From assembly GCA_033551855.1 (NCBI GenBank), contig JAWSUI010000036.1:1-37868 (forward strand): a DNA stretch of 37,868 nt. Direction: 5' to 3'. Numbering within the stretch: the first letter of the stretch is position 1; each line of letters opens with the position of its first letter. The notes below the pieces were generated by a model. It was not told the DNA's origin and did no database searches. It saw nothing but the letters and a program-made list of their open reading frames with translations. This stretch comes from Deferrisomatales bacterium. GTDB lineage: Bacteria > Desulfobacterota > Deferrisomatia > Deferrisomatales > JACRMM01. Of the stretch, positions 19,752 to 28,595 are shown piece by piece. The translations under genes were made by a program, and so were the position numbers.

Positions 19752-20627
19752 ATGGCCGTTGAGAAGGTTCTGGTCACGGGCGCCGGGTTGATGGGAAGCG
19801 GGATCGCCCAGGTGTGCGCCCAGGCGGGGCTCCGGGTCTGGCTGCACGACGTGAGCCGGGGGGCCCTCGATCGGGCCCGGCAGGAGATCGGCCGGTCCGT
19901 GGGCAAGCTCGCCGAGAAGGGGCGGCTCGCCGAGCCGGCGGAGGCAGTGCTGGAACGCGTCTCCTTCGTCGGGGATCTGGAGGCCGGTGCCGGGGCCGAC
20001 CTCGCCGTGGAGGCGGTCTTCGAGGACCGGGAGGTAAAGCGCGAGGTCTTCCGCCGCCTGGCCGAGGTCTGCCGCCCCGAGGCTCTCCTGGCCACCAACA
20101 CCTCCGCCATCCCGGTGAGCGAGCTCGCCGCGGCCGCGTCCCGGCCCGAGCGGGTGCTGGGACTGCACTTCTTCAGCCCCGTACCCCTCATGCAGGCGGT
20201 GGAGGTGATCGCCGGCTACGCCACGAGCCCGGAGACCTTCGAGGCGGGCCGGCTCTTCGCGCTGCGCATCGGCAAGGAGCCCATCCTGGTGCGCCGGGAC
20301 GTTCCCGGCTTCGTGCTGAACCGGATCAACCTCCCCTCGACGATCGAGGCGATGCACCTGGTGGAAGAGGGCGTGGCCACCCCCGAAGACATCGACAAGG
20401 GGGTGCGCCTCGCCCTGGGGCGAAAGATGGGGATCTTCGAGACCGGCGACCTCGTGGGGCTCGACGTCACCTGCGGCGCGCTCAAGGCCCTGTACGAGGA
20501 GACGAAGGACCCCCGTTGGTACCCGCCCATGATCCTGCGGCGCAAGGTCGCGGCCGGTCACCTGGGGCGGAAGGCAGGCCGGGGCTGGTACGCCTACGAC
20601 GCCGGTGGCAACCGGGTGGAGGAGTGA
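19752..20627 (+). CDS. 3-hydroxyacyl-CoA dehydrogenase (Hbd/PaaH-like)
   Basis: GAGLMGSGIA, EAVFED, ATNTS, GLHFFSPVP, PGFVLNR, DLVGLD, LGRKAGRGWY. Confidence 0.93.
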   Translation: MAVEKVLVTGAGLMGSGIAQVCAQAGLRVWLHDVSRGALDRARQEIGRSVGKLAEKGRLAEPAEAVLERVSFVGDLEAGAGADLAVEAVFEDREVKREVFRRLAEVCRPEALLATNTSAIPVSELAAAASRPERVLGLHFFSPVPLMQAVEVIAGYATSPETFEAGRLFALRIGKEPILVRRDVPGFVLNRINLPSTIEAMHLVEEGVATPEDIDKGVRLALGRKMGIFETGDLVGLDVTCGALKALYEETKDPRWYPPMILRRKVAAGHLGRKAGRGWYAYDAGGNRVEE

Positions 20628-20629
20628 GC

Positions 20630-21412
20630 ATGTCGGCGCGGCGAGCACACTACGAGCTGGAGGACCGGGTGGCGGTGGTCACCCTGGACAACCCGCCCCT
20701 GAACGCCCTGAACGTGGACACCCGCGAGGCGTTGGCGGCGGTCTTCGCCGAGCTCCACGGCCGCCGGAACGAGATCCGGGCCGTCGTGCTCCGGGGAGGC
20801 GGGGACAAGGCCTTCGCGGCCGGGGCCGACATCAAGGGCTTCCTCGACCTCGACTGCGCCTCGGCCAGGCGTCAGCTGCTCCGAGCCCAAGAGATCAATG
20901 TCGCGGTCGAGAGCTTCCCCCGGCCGGTGCTGGCCGCGATTCACGGCTACTGCCTGGGCGGGGGCCTGGAGCTCGCCCTCTGCTGCGACTGCCGGTTCGC
21001 CTCGGAGGACGCCAAGTTCGGCTTTCCCGAAGTGAAGCTCTCCGTCTTCCCGGGCAACGGGGGCACCCAGCGGGCCCGCCGCCACCTGAGCCTCGGCCGG
21101 GTGAAGGAGCTCATGTTCACGGGCGACATGGTGGGCGCCCGCGAGGCCCTGGAGTACGGGCTCGTGGAGCGGGTGGTGCCGGCTGGGCAGGTGTTGGAGG
21201 CGACTCTGGCGGTGGCCGGGCGCATCGCCAGCCGAGGCCCCTTGGCCGTGGCCGCGGTCAAGGCGGTGCTCAACGCCACCCAGGGGGTCCCCCTGGCGGA
21301 GGGCCTGGAGGTGGAGGCCGACGCCTGGAGCCGGCTTGCCGAGACAGAGGACATGAAGGAGGGCGCGCGGGCGTTCCTCGAAAAGCGCGAACCCCTCTGG
21401 AAGGCAAAGTAG
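20630..21412 (+). CDS. Enoyl-CoA hydratase/isomerase
   Basis: LDNPPLNAL, AFAAGADI, GYCLGGGLELALCCD, FGFPEVKL..FPGNGGTQR, EGARAFLEKR. Confidence 0.92.
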   Translation: MSARRAHYELEDRVAVVTLDNPPLNALNVDTREALAAVFAELHGRRNEIRAVVLRGGGDKAFAAGADIKGFLDLDCASARRQLLRAQEINVAVESFPRPVLAAIHGYCLGGGLELALCCDCRFASEDAKFGFPEVKLSVFPGNGGTQRARRHLSLGRVKELMFTGDMVGAREALEYGLVERVVPAGQVLEATLAVAGRIASRGPLAVAAVKAVLNATQGVPLAEGLEVEADAWSRLAETEDMKEGARAFLEKREPLWKAK

Positions 21413-21440
21413 CCCCGGCGGCGTCAAGGAGGGTGCATCG

Positions 21441-23231
21441 ATGAGCCACTTCAAGGTCGAGGAGCGAGACCTCTTCTTCATCCTCAAAGAGCAGCTCGAC
21501 TACGGCAGCCTGTGCCGCCTCGAGCGGTACCGCGATCTGGACGAGGAGACCCTGGACCTCACCCTGACCGAGGCGGTCAAGTTCGCCCGGGGAGTCGTCG
21601 CCCCCCTCCAGGAGGTCGGCGAGCGCTGGGGAACCCCCTACGAGAAGGGCCGGGTGCGCTGCGCCCCGGAGTTCCGCGAGGCGCTGCGGCTCTATGGGGA
21701 GAACGGGTGGGTCGGCGCCTCCCGCGACCCGGCGTGGGGCGGGAGCGGCCTTCCCCACATGATGCGCTACGTCGTCAACGAGCTCATGTACGGGGCCTGC
21801 CAGGCCTTCAACAGCTGCCCCAGCCTCACCCACGGCGCGGGGCACCTGATCGAGACCTTCGGCACCGAGGATCTCAAGCGCCGGTTCGTTCCCCCCATGT
21901 ACGCCGCCCGGTGGACCGGCACGATGTGCCTCACGGAGCCCCAGGCCGGCTCGAACCTAGCCGCCGTGCGCACCCTGGCGGTGCCCGAGCCCGAGGGCGG
22001 CGCCTACCGGATCCGGGGGACCAAGATCTTCATCTCGTGGGGGGAGCACGACCTCACGGAGAACATCGTCCACCTGGTGCTTGCCCGCACCCCGGGCGCC
22101 CCCGAGGGGGTCAAGGGAATCTCCCTCTTCGTGGTCCCCAAGCTCCGGGTGGGCGCCGACGGCCGCCCCGGAGCCCCCAACGACGTCATCTGCACCGGCG
22201 TGGAGCGAAAGCTCGGCCTCCACGCCTCCCCCACCTGCACCCTGACCTTCGGGGATGAGGACGGGTGCGTCGGGTACCTGTGCGGCACGGAGAACCGGGG
22301 GCTCGCTCACATGTTCCAGATGATGAACTCCGCTCGAATCAACAGCGGGGTGAGCGGCATGGCGCTGGCCGGCTCCGCCTACCGCAATGCCCTGGAGTAC
22401 GCCCGGGGGCGGATCCAGGGCACCGACCTCGCCGGGCGCAAGAAGGGCTACGTCCCGATCACCGACCACCCGGACGTGCGCCGCATGCTCCTGTGGATGA
22501 AGGCCACGGTGGACGGCCTGCGCTCCCTCATCTACTCGGCCGCCTACTGGCACGACCTGGCCAGGGAGCTGCCCGAGGGCCCCGAGCGCACCCAGCGGCG
22601 CCACCTCACCGAATTCCTGACCCCCATCGTCAAGGCCTACGCCTCGGACCAGGGCTTCCGCGTCTGCGAGACGGCCATGCAGTGCCTGGGGGGCTACGGC
22701 TTCTGCGAGGACTACCCCCTGGAGCAGTACCTGCGGGACGCGAAGGTGCTCTCCCTCTACGAGGGCACCAACGGCATCCAGGCCATCGACCTCCTGGGCC
22801 GGAAGATGGAGCAGGACGGCGGCGCCCCCTACCGGGCCTGGCTCGCCGAGGTGGAGGGCTTCTGCACGGCCCACGGGGGCGACGAGGCTCTGGGGGGTGC
22901 CGTGCAGGACCTCGGCCGGGCGGTCGGGCGCCTGAAGCAGGTGGCCGAAGAGCTCGCCCAGCGCCGGCGCTCCGAGCCCCTGCGCTGGGGCTGCTCCACC
23001 TACCCCGCCCTCCTCTCCTTCGGCGATCTCACGGTGGCGTGGCGGCTCCTCGACCTGGGACTTGCCGCCGCCAAGACGCTCCGGGAAGGGCGTGGCTCTG
23101 ACTACCACCGGGGCAAGGTGCTCCAGGCCTCCTACTTCGCCAACGCCACCCTCCCGCCGGCGCTCGGGCGCCTCGAGAGCTCCCTCGCCGAGCGCGGCGA
23201 GCCGGTGGAGATGCCGGAGGAGGCCTTCTGA
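21441..23231 (+). CDS. Long-type acyl-CoA dehydrogenase (about 600 aa)
   Basis: GTMCLTEPQAGS, GTKIFISWGEHD, GISLFVVPK, MFQMMN.AR, GGYGF, YEGTNGIQAIDLLGRK. Confidence 0.93.
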   Translation: MSHFKVEERDLFFILKEQLDYGSLCRLERYRDLDEETLDLTLTEAVKFARGVVAPLQEVGERWGTPYEKGRVRCAPEFREALRLYGENGWVGASRDPAWGGSGLPHMMRYVVNELMYGACQAFNSCPSLTHGAGHLIETFGTEDLKRRFVPPMYAARWTGTMCLTEPQAGSNLAAVRTLAVPEPEGGAYRIRGTKIFISWGEHDLTENIVHLVLARTPGAPEGVKGISLFVVPKLRVGADGRPGAPNDVICTGVERKLGLHASPTCTLTFGDEDGCVGYLCGTENRGLAHMFQMMNSARINSGVSGMALAGSAYRNALEYARGRIQGTDLAGRKKGYVPITDHPDVRRMLLWMKATVDGLRSLIYSAAYWHDLARELPEGPERTQRRHLTEFLTPIVKAYASDQGFRVCETAMQCLGGYGFCEDYPLEQYLRDAKVLSLYEGTNGIQAIDLLGRKMEQDGGAPYRAWLAEVEGFCTAHGGDEALGGAVQDLGRAVGRLKQVAEELAQRRRSEPLRWGCSTYPALLSFGDLTVAWRLLDLGLAAAKTLREGRGSDYHRGKVLQASYFANATLPPALGRLESSLAERGEPVEMPEEAF

Positions 23232-23387
23232 CCAGGCTCCCTCCCATACGGTCGGGGGACACAGGGGGACCGGGGGCCGGCGGCGGAAGGAGGTTTCTGC
23301 TTCCCGTCCCTCGCGCTCCAACGCCCGACGCGCGGGCGGGTGAAGGTGGCGGGGGCAAACCCCGTCCAGGCGGGGATTTTCCCGTCG

Positions 23388-23499
23388 TCATGCCGCCGTT
23401 GTGTGGAGCTTGAGCCCGAGGGCCTTGATCACCTTCATCACCGTGGCGAACTCCGGGTTGCCGTCCGCGGACAGTGCCTTGTAGAGGCTCTCTCGCGCC
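23388..23499 (-). pseudogene. C-terminal remnant of an addiction-module antidote (HI1420-like HTH) gene
   Basis: ARESLYKALSADGNPEFATVMKVIKALGLKL; the upstream in-frame sequence is unrelated. Confidence 0.7.
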
Positions 23500-23636
23500 A
23501 GAAAGAAAGAAAAAGCAAGTGCGGCCCTCACGTCCAGGTGCCTCACCCCGGCAGCCATGGTACAGTTGACTCCAGCGGGTCCCGCGGAAGAATCGCGATC
23601 GCGGGGCAGGGCAATCGGCCATCGCCGGAGGCAGGC

Positions 23637-23891
23637 ATGGACCGACATCAGAAGCTCATGCGGCACATTCTGATGCGTCGGGGTGATGCAAACGTCCCGT
23701 TTGCGAGCCTATGCCGGCTGCTGCTTAGACTGGGCTTCGATGAGCGCGTCAAGGGAGACCACCACATCTTCACCCGACCGGACCTGACGGAGATCCTCAA
23801 CCTTCAGCCCGGGGGAACCGTCGCGAAGCCCTACCAGGTCAAACAGGTCCGCGATCTCATCCTCCGCTACGGCCTCACGCTTGGGGAGTAG
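23637..23891 (+). CDS. hicA: HicA-family toxin
   Basis: LGF.ERVKGDHHIF, EILNLQP, AKPYQVKQVR; GGAGG RBS. Confidence 0.88.
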   Translation: MDRHQKLMRHILMRRGDANVPFASLCRLLLRLGFDERVKGDHHIFTRPDLTEILNLQPGGTVAKPYQVKQVRDLILRYGLTLGE

Positions 23892-23895
23892 GACG

Positions 23896-24108
23896 ATGGA
23901 CTGGAAGTACGAGTTGATCATCTACTGGAGTCCGGAAGACCACGCGTACATTGCCGAGGTGCCGGAGTTGCCGGGATGCATGGCCGACGGGGAAACCTAC
24001 CAGGACGCCGTGGCCAGAGCCCAGGTGGTCATCGGTGAGTGGATCGAGACCGCCAAGGCACTGGGCAGGGACATTCCAGAGCCCCGCGGCCGGTTGATGT
24101 ATGCCTGA
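23896..24108 (+). CDS. hicB: HicB-family antitoxin (short, no DNA-binding domain)
   Basis: KYELIIYWS.ED..IAEVPELPGCMADGETY..A....IETAK.LGR.IPEP. Confidence 0.9.
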   Translation: MDWKYELIIYWSPEDHAYIAEVPELPGCMADGETYQDAVARAQVVIGEWIETAKALGRDIPEPRGRLMYA

Positions 24109-24299
24109 AGCCCCCCGGCCCGCCGCTGGGCTACGCACTTTTTCCGGTGCCAGGCCTGGCCGCCGCACCCGCCTCAGCTGCCACCCGGCCCTTGGGGCGC
24201 TCCAGGGGCTCGACGCGCGGGCTCCAAAAGGCCCCGCCCGTCGGGCACGAACCGACGGTCAAGACCCCCATGGTGCGCTGGCGGCTGGCTCAGTGAAGA

Positions 24300-24485
24300 A
24301 TGGAAATAGCTTATGACGAAAAGGACGACATCCTCTTCATCCGGTTCAGCAGAGAGCCGATCGTGGAAGAGGTCTCCCACGGCTGGAACGTCAACCTCGG
24401 CATGACGGCGCACGGCATTGGCCAGATCACGATCCTGGACGCCGGAGAAGCGAACCTCATGCCGATCCACATACCCCCGCCCTGA
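24300..24485 (+). CDS. DUF2283-like small protein (putative orphan antitoxin)
   Basis: I.YD...DILFIRF....EE and I.ILDA pattern. Confidence 0.6.
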   Translation: MEIAYDEKDDILFIRFSREPIVEEVSHGWNVNLGMTAHGIGQITILDAGEANLMPIHIPPP

Positions 24486-24739
24486 AACCGGCCCTCCTAT
24501 TCGACCGTCCGCCCCACGCGGCTTCTGGCTGACAGCAATCCTCACCCGCTGGCCCTTCCTCCGCAACCGGAGACCGGCGCTCGGTTGGGGTGACGAACCC
24601 AGCGGCGAGGGACCTTCGCCCTTGGGCTACCAGCCCCTCGCCGCCGCGCCCGGCCGGGCCGGGCCTCTTTTCGCCCCCGGGGTGCTGCCCGGGGGACGGG
24701 ACGGCGCCCTGTTCAGCAGGGAGGCGTCCGCCTTCTCCG

Positions 24740-24937
24740 TCCTGAGCTCAGGGCAGGCCACAAGAGGTGCAGGTGGTCGGGCAACAACACCCACGCGTCC
24801 ACCCGAAAAGGGTGAACATAGCGAACGTGGTGAATCGCCCTTCGCAAAGCAGCCCGCGCCACGTCCCCGCATAGCCAGGGCCGCCGGTCGAAGGTGACAA
24901 CCGTGAAGAAGTAGGTGCCACCGGAGAGGTAGAGGTA
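24740..24937 (-). pseudogene. Truncated REP-associated tyrosine transposase (RAYT/TnpA-REP)
   Basis: [15 protein letters not shown]...[15 protein letters not shown] (HUH motif); lacks the start and the C-terminal catalytic Tyr region. Confidence 0.82.
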
Positions 24938-24940
24938 CTT

Positions 24941-24970
24941 GGTGGGTCCGCTTCGCTCGACCCTCCCTAC
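24941..24970 (-). repeat. GTAG-type REP palindrome next to the RAYT remnant
   Basis: Minus strand GTAG-GGAGGGTC-GAGCGAAGCG-GACCCACC. Confidence 0.75.
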
Positions 24971-25179
24971 CACTCTCTTCCCCAGTGCGCACCACGATGT
25001 GGAAAGGGTTGGGGATCAGAGACCAGGCGAAAACCGACGCCCCACCCCGCGCATCGCGTTTCTACAACATTTTTTCGCTTTCTGGCCAGCCTTAGCCGCA
25101 GGCGCGGGCACAGGCTCGGGGACCGGCTGCGGCTGGGAGGGATCGGGGGGGTTGTGGACTCGGGTCCGGCAGGCCCCGT

Positions 25180-25208
25180 TTGACACCCCCGGGGCGCCGG
25201 GCTACGCT
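25180..25208 (+). promoter_or_regulatory. Sigma70-type promoter
   Basis: TTGACA, 17 bp, TACGCT, 30 bp upstream of the Sua5/YciO ATG. Confidence 0.6.
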
Positions 25209-25238
25209 TCGGGCCCCCCCCGCGTTCGAGGTGCGTCC

Positions 25239-25868
25239 ATGGCCGTCACCGTCTCCGTCTACCCCCAGAGCCCCCAGGGCCGCCACATCGCGCGGGCGGT
25301 GAGCGTGCTCCGGGACGACGGGGTGGTGGTCTACCCCACCGACACCGTGTACGGGCTGGGGTGCGACATCACGAGCAAGCAGGGGGTCGAGCGGATCGTG
25401 CGCATCAAGGGCCGCGACCCCAAGAAGCCGATGAGCTTCGTGTGCGCCGACCTGACCCACATCGCCCGCTACGCCCGGGTCTCGAACTTCGCCTACCGGA
25501 TCCTCAAGCGCTTCCTCCCCGGCTCCTACACCTTCGTCCTGGAGGCGAGCCGCGAGGTGCCCAAGATGCTCCTGACCAAGCAGAAGACGGTGGGCATCCG
25601 GGTGCCGGACCACCCCGTGGCGCTGACCCTCGTACGGGAGCTCGGCAACCCCGTGCTGTCGACGAGCGCCAACCGCGGAGGGGAGACGCCCATCAACAAC
25701 CCGGCCGAGATCGCGGAGATCCTGGGCAAGGATGTCGACCTGATCCTGGACTGCGGGGTGCTGCCCCAAGTCCCCTCCACCGTGATCTCCCTGGTGGGGG
25801 ACGAGATCCAGGTGCTCCGGGAAGGCGCCGGGGACGCGTCGTTCTTCCTGGCGGGCGGAGTCGGCTGA
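25239..25868 (+). CDS. Sua5/YciO/YrdC-family protein (L-threonylcarbamoyladenylate synthase family)
   Basis: VVYPTDTVYGLGC, IKGR, LPGSYTFVL, TVGIRVPD, STSAN, PSTVI, LREGAG. Confidence 0.92.
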   Translation: MAVTVSVYPQSPQGRHIARAVSVLRDDGVVVYPTDTVYGLGCDITSKQGVERIVRIKGRDPKKPMSFVCADLTHIARYARVSNFAYRILKRFLPGSYTFVLEASREVPKMLLTKQKTVGIRVPDHPVALTLVRELGNPVLSTSANRGGETPINNPAEIAEILGKDVDLILDCGVLPQVPSTVISLVGDEIQVLREGAGDASFFLAGGVG

Positions 25869-25907
25869 AACGAGCGGCAGCCCTACGCCACGCCGACGGA
25901 TGACGAG

Positions 25908-26720
25908 ATGACCCCAGCCCCCTCCCGTTCCCTGGCCCTCCAGGCCTTCTTCTACCCATACCGCGGCCTGAAGTTCCTGTTCGCGCACCCCCGCCTCCTG
26001 GGGTACGCGGCCGTTCCCTTCGCGATCAACACCCTGCTGTACGCCGGTGTCATCTGGTTCGCGGGCTCGCGCTTCGGCAGCTGGGTCACCGCCCTGATCC
26101 CCCAGGGGGAGGCGTGGTACTGGAGCGTCCTCTTCTATGCCCTGTGGGTCGTCTTCGCCGCCGTGCTCTTCCTCCTCGTCGCCTTCACCTTCGCCCTGCT
26201 GGGCAACCTGCTGCTCGAGCCCTTCAACGACCTGCTCTCGGAGCAGGTGGAGTGGGCCTACACCGGGGATCGGCGGGAGGAGCCCTTTCGGCTGGGCGTC
26301 TTCTGGGCCGACGCGGGGCGCTCCTTCGCCACGGGCCTGCGCCGGATAGCCCTCTGGGCCCCGGGGGCGCTCGTGCTCTGGGCGGGAAGCTTCCTCTTCT
26401 GGCCCCTGACCCCCCTGCTGGCCCTGTACACGGCCTTCTTCCTGGGGTGGGCCTACCTCGACTACTCCATGGACCGGTGGCGGTTCGGGTTCGCGGCCAA
26501 GCGCAGAACCGCACGGCAGAACCTCTCGGCCTTCCTCACCTTCGGCGCCGGTGCGGCGCTCCTGCTCCTCATCCCCCTCCTGAGCTTCCTGGCGATCCCG
26601 GTGTGCGTGACGGGAGCCACCCTGTTGTTCTGCGATCTGCGCTCCCGGGGCAAGCTGCCGCAGGCCACGGGAAGCGGGGTAGACGCCGAAGTGGCCCCGA
26701 AGGGAGCTCCCCCGCGATGA
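25908..26720 (+). CDS. EI24/CysZ-family membrane protein
   Basis: Several TM helices, PFNDLLSEQVE, YLDY...R, P.CVTGATL. Confidence 0.8.
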   Translation: MTPAPSRSLALQAFFYPYRGLKFLFAHPRLLGYAAVPFAINTLLYAGVIWFAGSRFGSWVTALIPQGEAWYWSVLFYALWVVFAAVLFLLVAFTFALLGNLLLEPFNDLLSEQVEWAYTGDRREEPFRLGVFWADAGRSFATGLRRIALWAPGALVLWAGSFLFWPLTPLLALYTAFFLGWAYLDYSMDRWRFGFAAKRRTARQNLSAFLTFGAGAALLLLIPLLSFLAIPVCVTGATLLFCDLRSRGKLPQATGSGVDAEVAPKGAPPR

Positions 26721-28591
26721 GCCGCGCCACCGAGAACGCGGCGGTGGACGCCGACTGGAAGAGCCGCTACGCGTCGCGGGTCGTCACCCGGGAGACCGCC
26801 CTCTCCCGCATCCAGCGCGGCGGCAAGATCTTCGTGGGGTCCGCCTGCGCCGAGCCCCAGTATCTGGTGGAGGGGCTCGCCCAGAGGGCAGCGAACCTCG
26901 CGGACTCGGAGATCCTCAGCATCCTGACCCTGGGCATCGCGCCCTACACGGACGAGAAGCTCGCCAAGATCTTTCGCCACAACGCGTTCTTCATCGGCGA
27001 CAACACCCGCCGGGCGGTCGCCGAGGGGCGGGCCGACTACACGCCGGTGTACCTCTCGGAGCTGCCGCAGCTCTTCCGGAGCCGGAGGACCCGTGTCGAT
27101 GCCGCGCTGATCCAGGTCACTCCCCCCGACCGCCACGGCTACGTCAGCCTGGGCGTCAGCGTCGATGTGACCAAGGCCGCCGTCGAGTCCGCCCGCGTCG
27201 TGATCGCCGAGGTCAACCCCCGCATGCCCCGCACCCTGGGGGACTCCTTCATCCCGGTCGACCGGATCGACTACCTGGTGGAGCACGCCGCCCCGGTGAT
27301 CGAGTACCTCCCCCCGACGCCGGACGACGTGGCCTCACGCATCGGCGGCAACATCGCCCGGCTGGTCAGCGACGGCGCCACGATCCAGATCGGCATCGGG
27401 TCCATCCCGAACGCGGCCGTCCACGCCCTGCGCGACAAGCGCGACCTCGGCGTCCACACGGAGATGTTCTCGGACTGGCTGCTGGACCTCGTTCGGGCGG
27501 GCGCGGTGACCAACCGCCGGAAGACGCTGCACCGGGGAAAGGCCGTCGCGTCGTTCTGCATGGGGACCCAGGACCTCTACGACTTCATCGACAACAACCC
27601 GATGGTGGAGCTCCACCCCAGCGAGTACACGAACGACCCCTACGTCATCGGCCAGAACGACAACATGGTCTCCATCAACACCGCCCTGGAAATCGACCTC
27701 ACCGGGCAGGTGTGCTCCGACTCCATCGGGCACCAGTTCTACAGCGGCATCGGGGGCCAGGTGGACTTCATCCGGGGCGCGGCCCGGAGCGCGGGCGGGA
27801 AGCCCATCATCGCCCTGCCCTCCACCGCCCGGGGCGACGCCGTGACCCGCATCGTGCCCCAGCTCTCACCCGGGGCCGGCGTGGTCACCACCCGGGCCTC
27901 GGCCCGCTACGTGGTCACGGAGTGGGGGTACACGGACCTCCACGGCAGGACGATTCGCGAGCGCGCCATGGCCCTGATCAACATCGCCCACCCCAAGTTC
28001 CGCAAGGAGCTTCTCGAGGCGGCCAAGCGGCTCCACTACGTCTACCCGGACCAGATCATCCCCACCTCCCTGGACCTCTACCCGGAGAAGTACGAGCAGC
28101 GCACCGTGCTCGCGGGGCGGGAGATTCTGGTGCGGCCGGTGCGGGCCACCGACGAGCCGCTGCTCAAGGACCTGTTCTACAGCCTCTCGGACGAGTCCGT
28201 CTACCGGCGCTACTTCAACGTCATCAAGTACATGCCCCACGAGCGCCTCCAGGAGGAGCTCGACCTGGACTACCAGAGCCGCATGGCCATCGCGGCGGTG
28301 GCGGAGCAGGGCGGCGTGGAGGAGATGGTGGGGCTGGCACAGTACGTGCTGGACGAGTCGACGAACTTCGCCGAGGCCGCCTTCCTGGTGCGCGACGAGT
28401 GGCAGGGCAAGGGGCTGGGCGGCCACCTGGTGCGAACCCTCGTGCGGATCGCCCAGGACAAGGGCGTCCGGGGCATCACCGCGGAGGTGATGCCGGGCAA
28501 CCGGGCCATGCTCCACCTCTTCTACAAACTGGGCTACACGGTGGAGAGCCGTCTCGAGGAGGGGGCCTACCATCTCGAGTTCCTGATTTGA
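26717..28591 (+). CDS. Acetyl-CoA hydrolase/transferase fused to a C-terminal GNAT domain
   Basis: SLGVSVD, DGATIQIGIG.IP, DLGVHTEM, EIDLTGQV, SGIGGQVDF, VVTEWG; then EAAFLVRDEWQGKGLG and N.AM..LF.KLG; ATGA overlap with the upstream gene. Confidence 0.92.
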   Translation: MSRATENAAVDADWKSRYASRVVTRETALSRIQRGGKIFVGSACAEPQYLVEGLAQRAANLADSEILSILTLGIAPYTDEKLAKIFRHNAFFIGDNTRRAVAEGRADYTPVYLSELPQLFRSRRTRVDAALIQVTPPDRHGYVSLGVSVDVTKAAVESARVVIAEVNPRMPRTLGDSFIPVDRIDYLVEHAAPVIEYLPPTPDDVASRIGGNIARLVSDGATIQIGIGSIPNAAVHALRDKRDLGVHTEMFSDWLLDLVRAGAVTNRRKTLHRGKAVASFCMGTQDLYDFIDNNPMVELHPSEYTNDPYVIGQNDNMVSINTALEIDLTGQVCSDSIGHQFYSGIGGQVDFIRGAARSAGGKPIIALPSTARGDAVTRIVPQLSPGAGVVTTRASARYVVTEWGYTDLHGRTIRERAMALINIAHPKFRKELLEAAKRLHYVYPDQIIPTSLDLYPEKYEQRTVLAGREILVRPVRATDEPLLKDLFYSLSDESVYRRYFNVIKYMPHERLQEELDLDYQSRMAIAAVAEQGGVEEMVGLAQYVLDESTNFAEAAFLVRDEWQGKGLGGHLVRTLVRIAQDKGVRGITAEVMPGNRAMLHLFYKLGYTVESRLEEGAYHLEFLI

Positions 28592-28595
28592 CGAA

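Noticed and set aside
23340..23390. c-di-GMP-I riboswitch or group II intron 5' fragment (GGCAAACCCCGTCCAGGCGGGGA)
   Set aside because: Lacks the GAAA loop and ACGCAAAG segment; no intron domain V/VI or reverse transcriptase in the window
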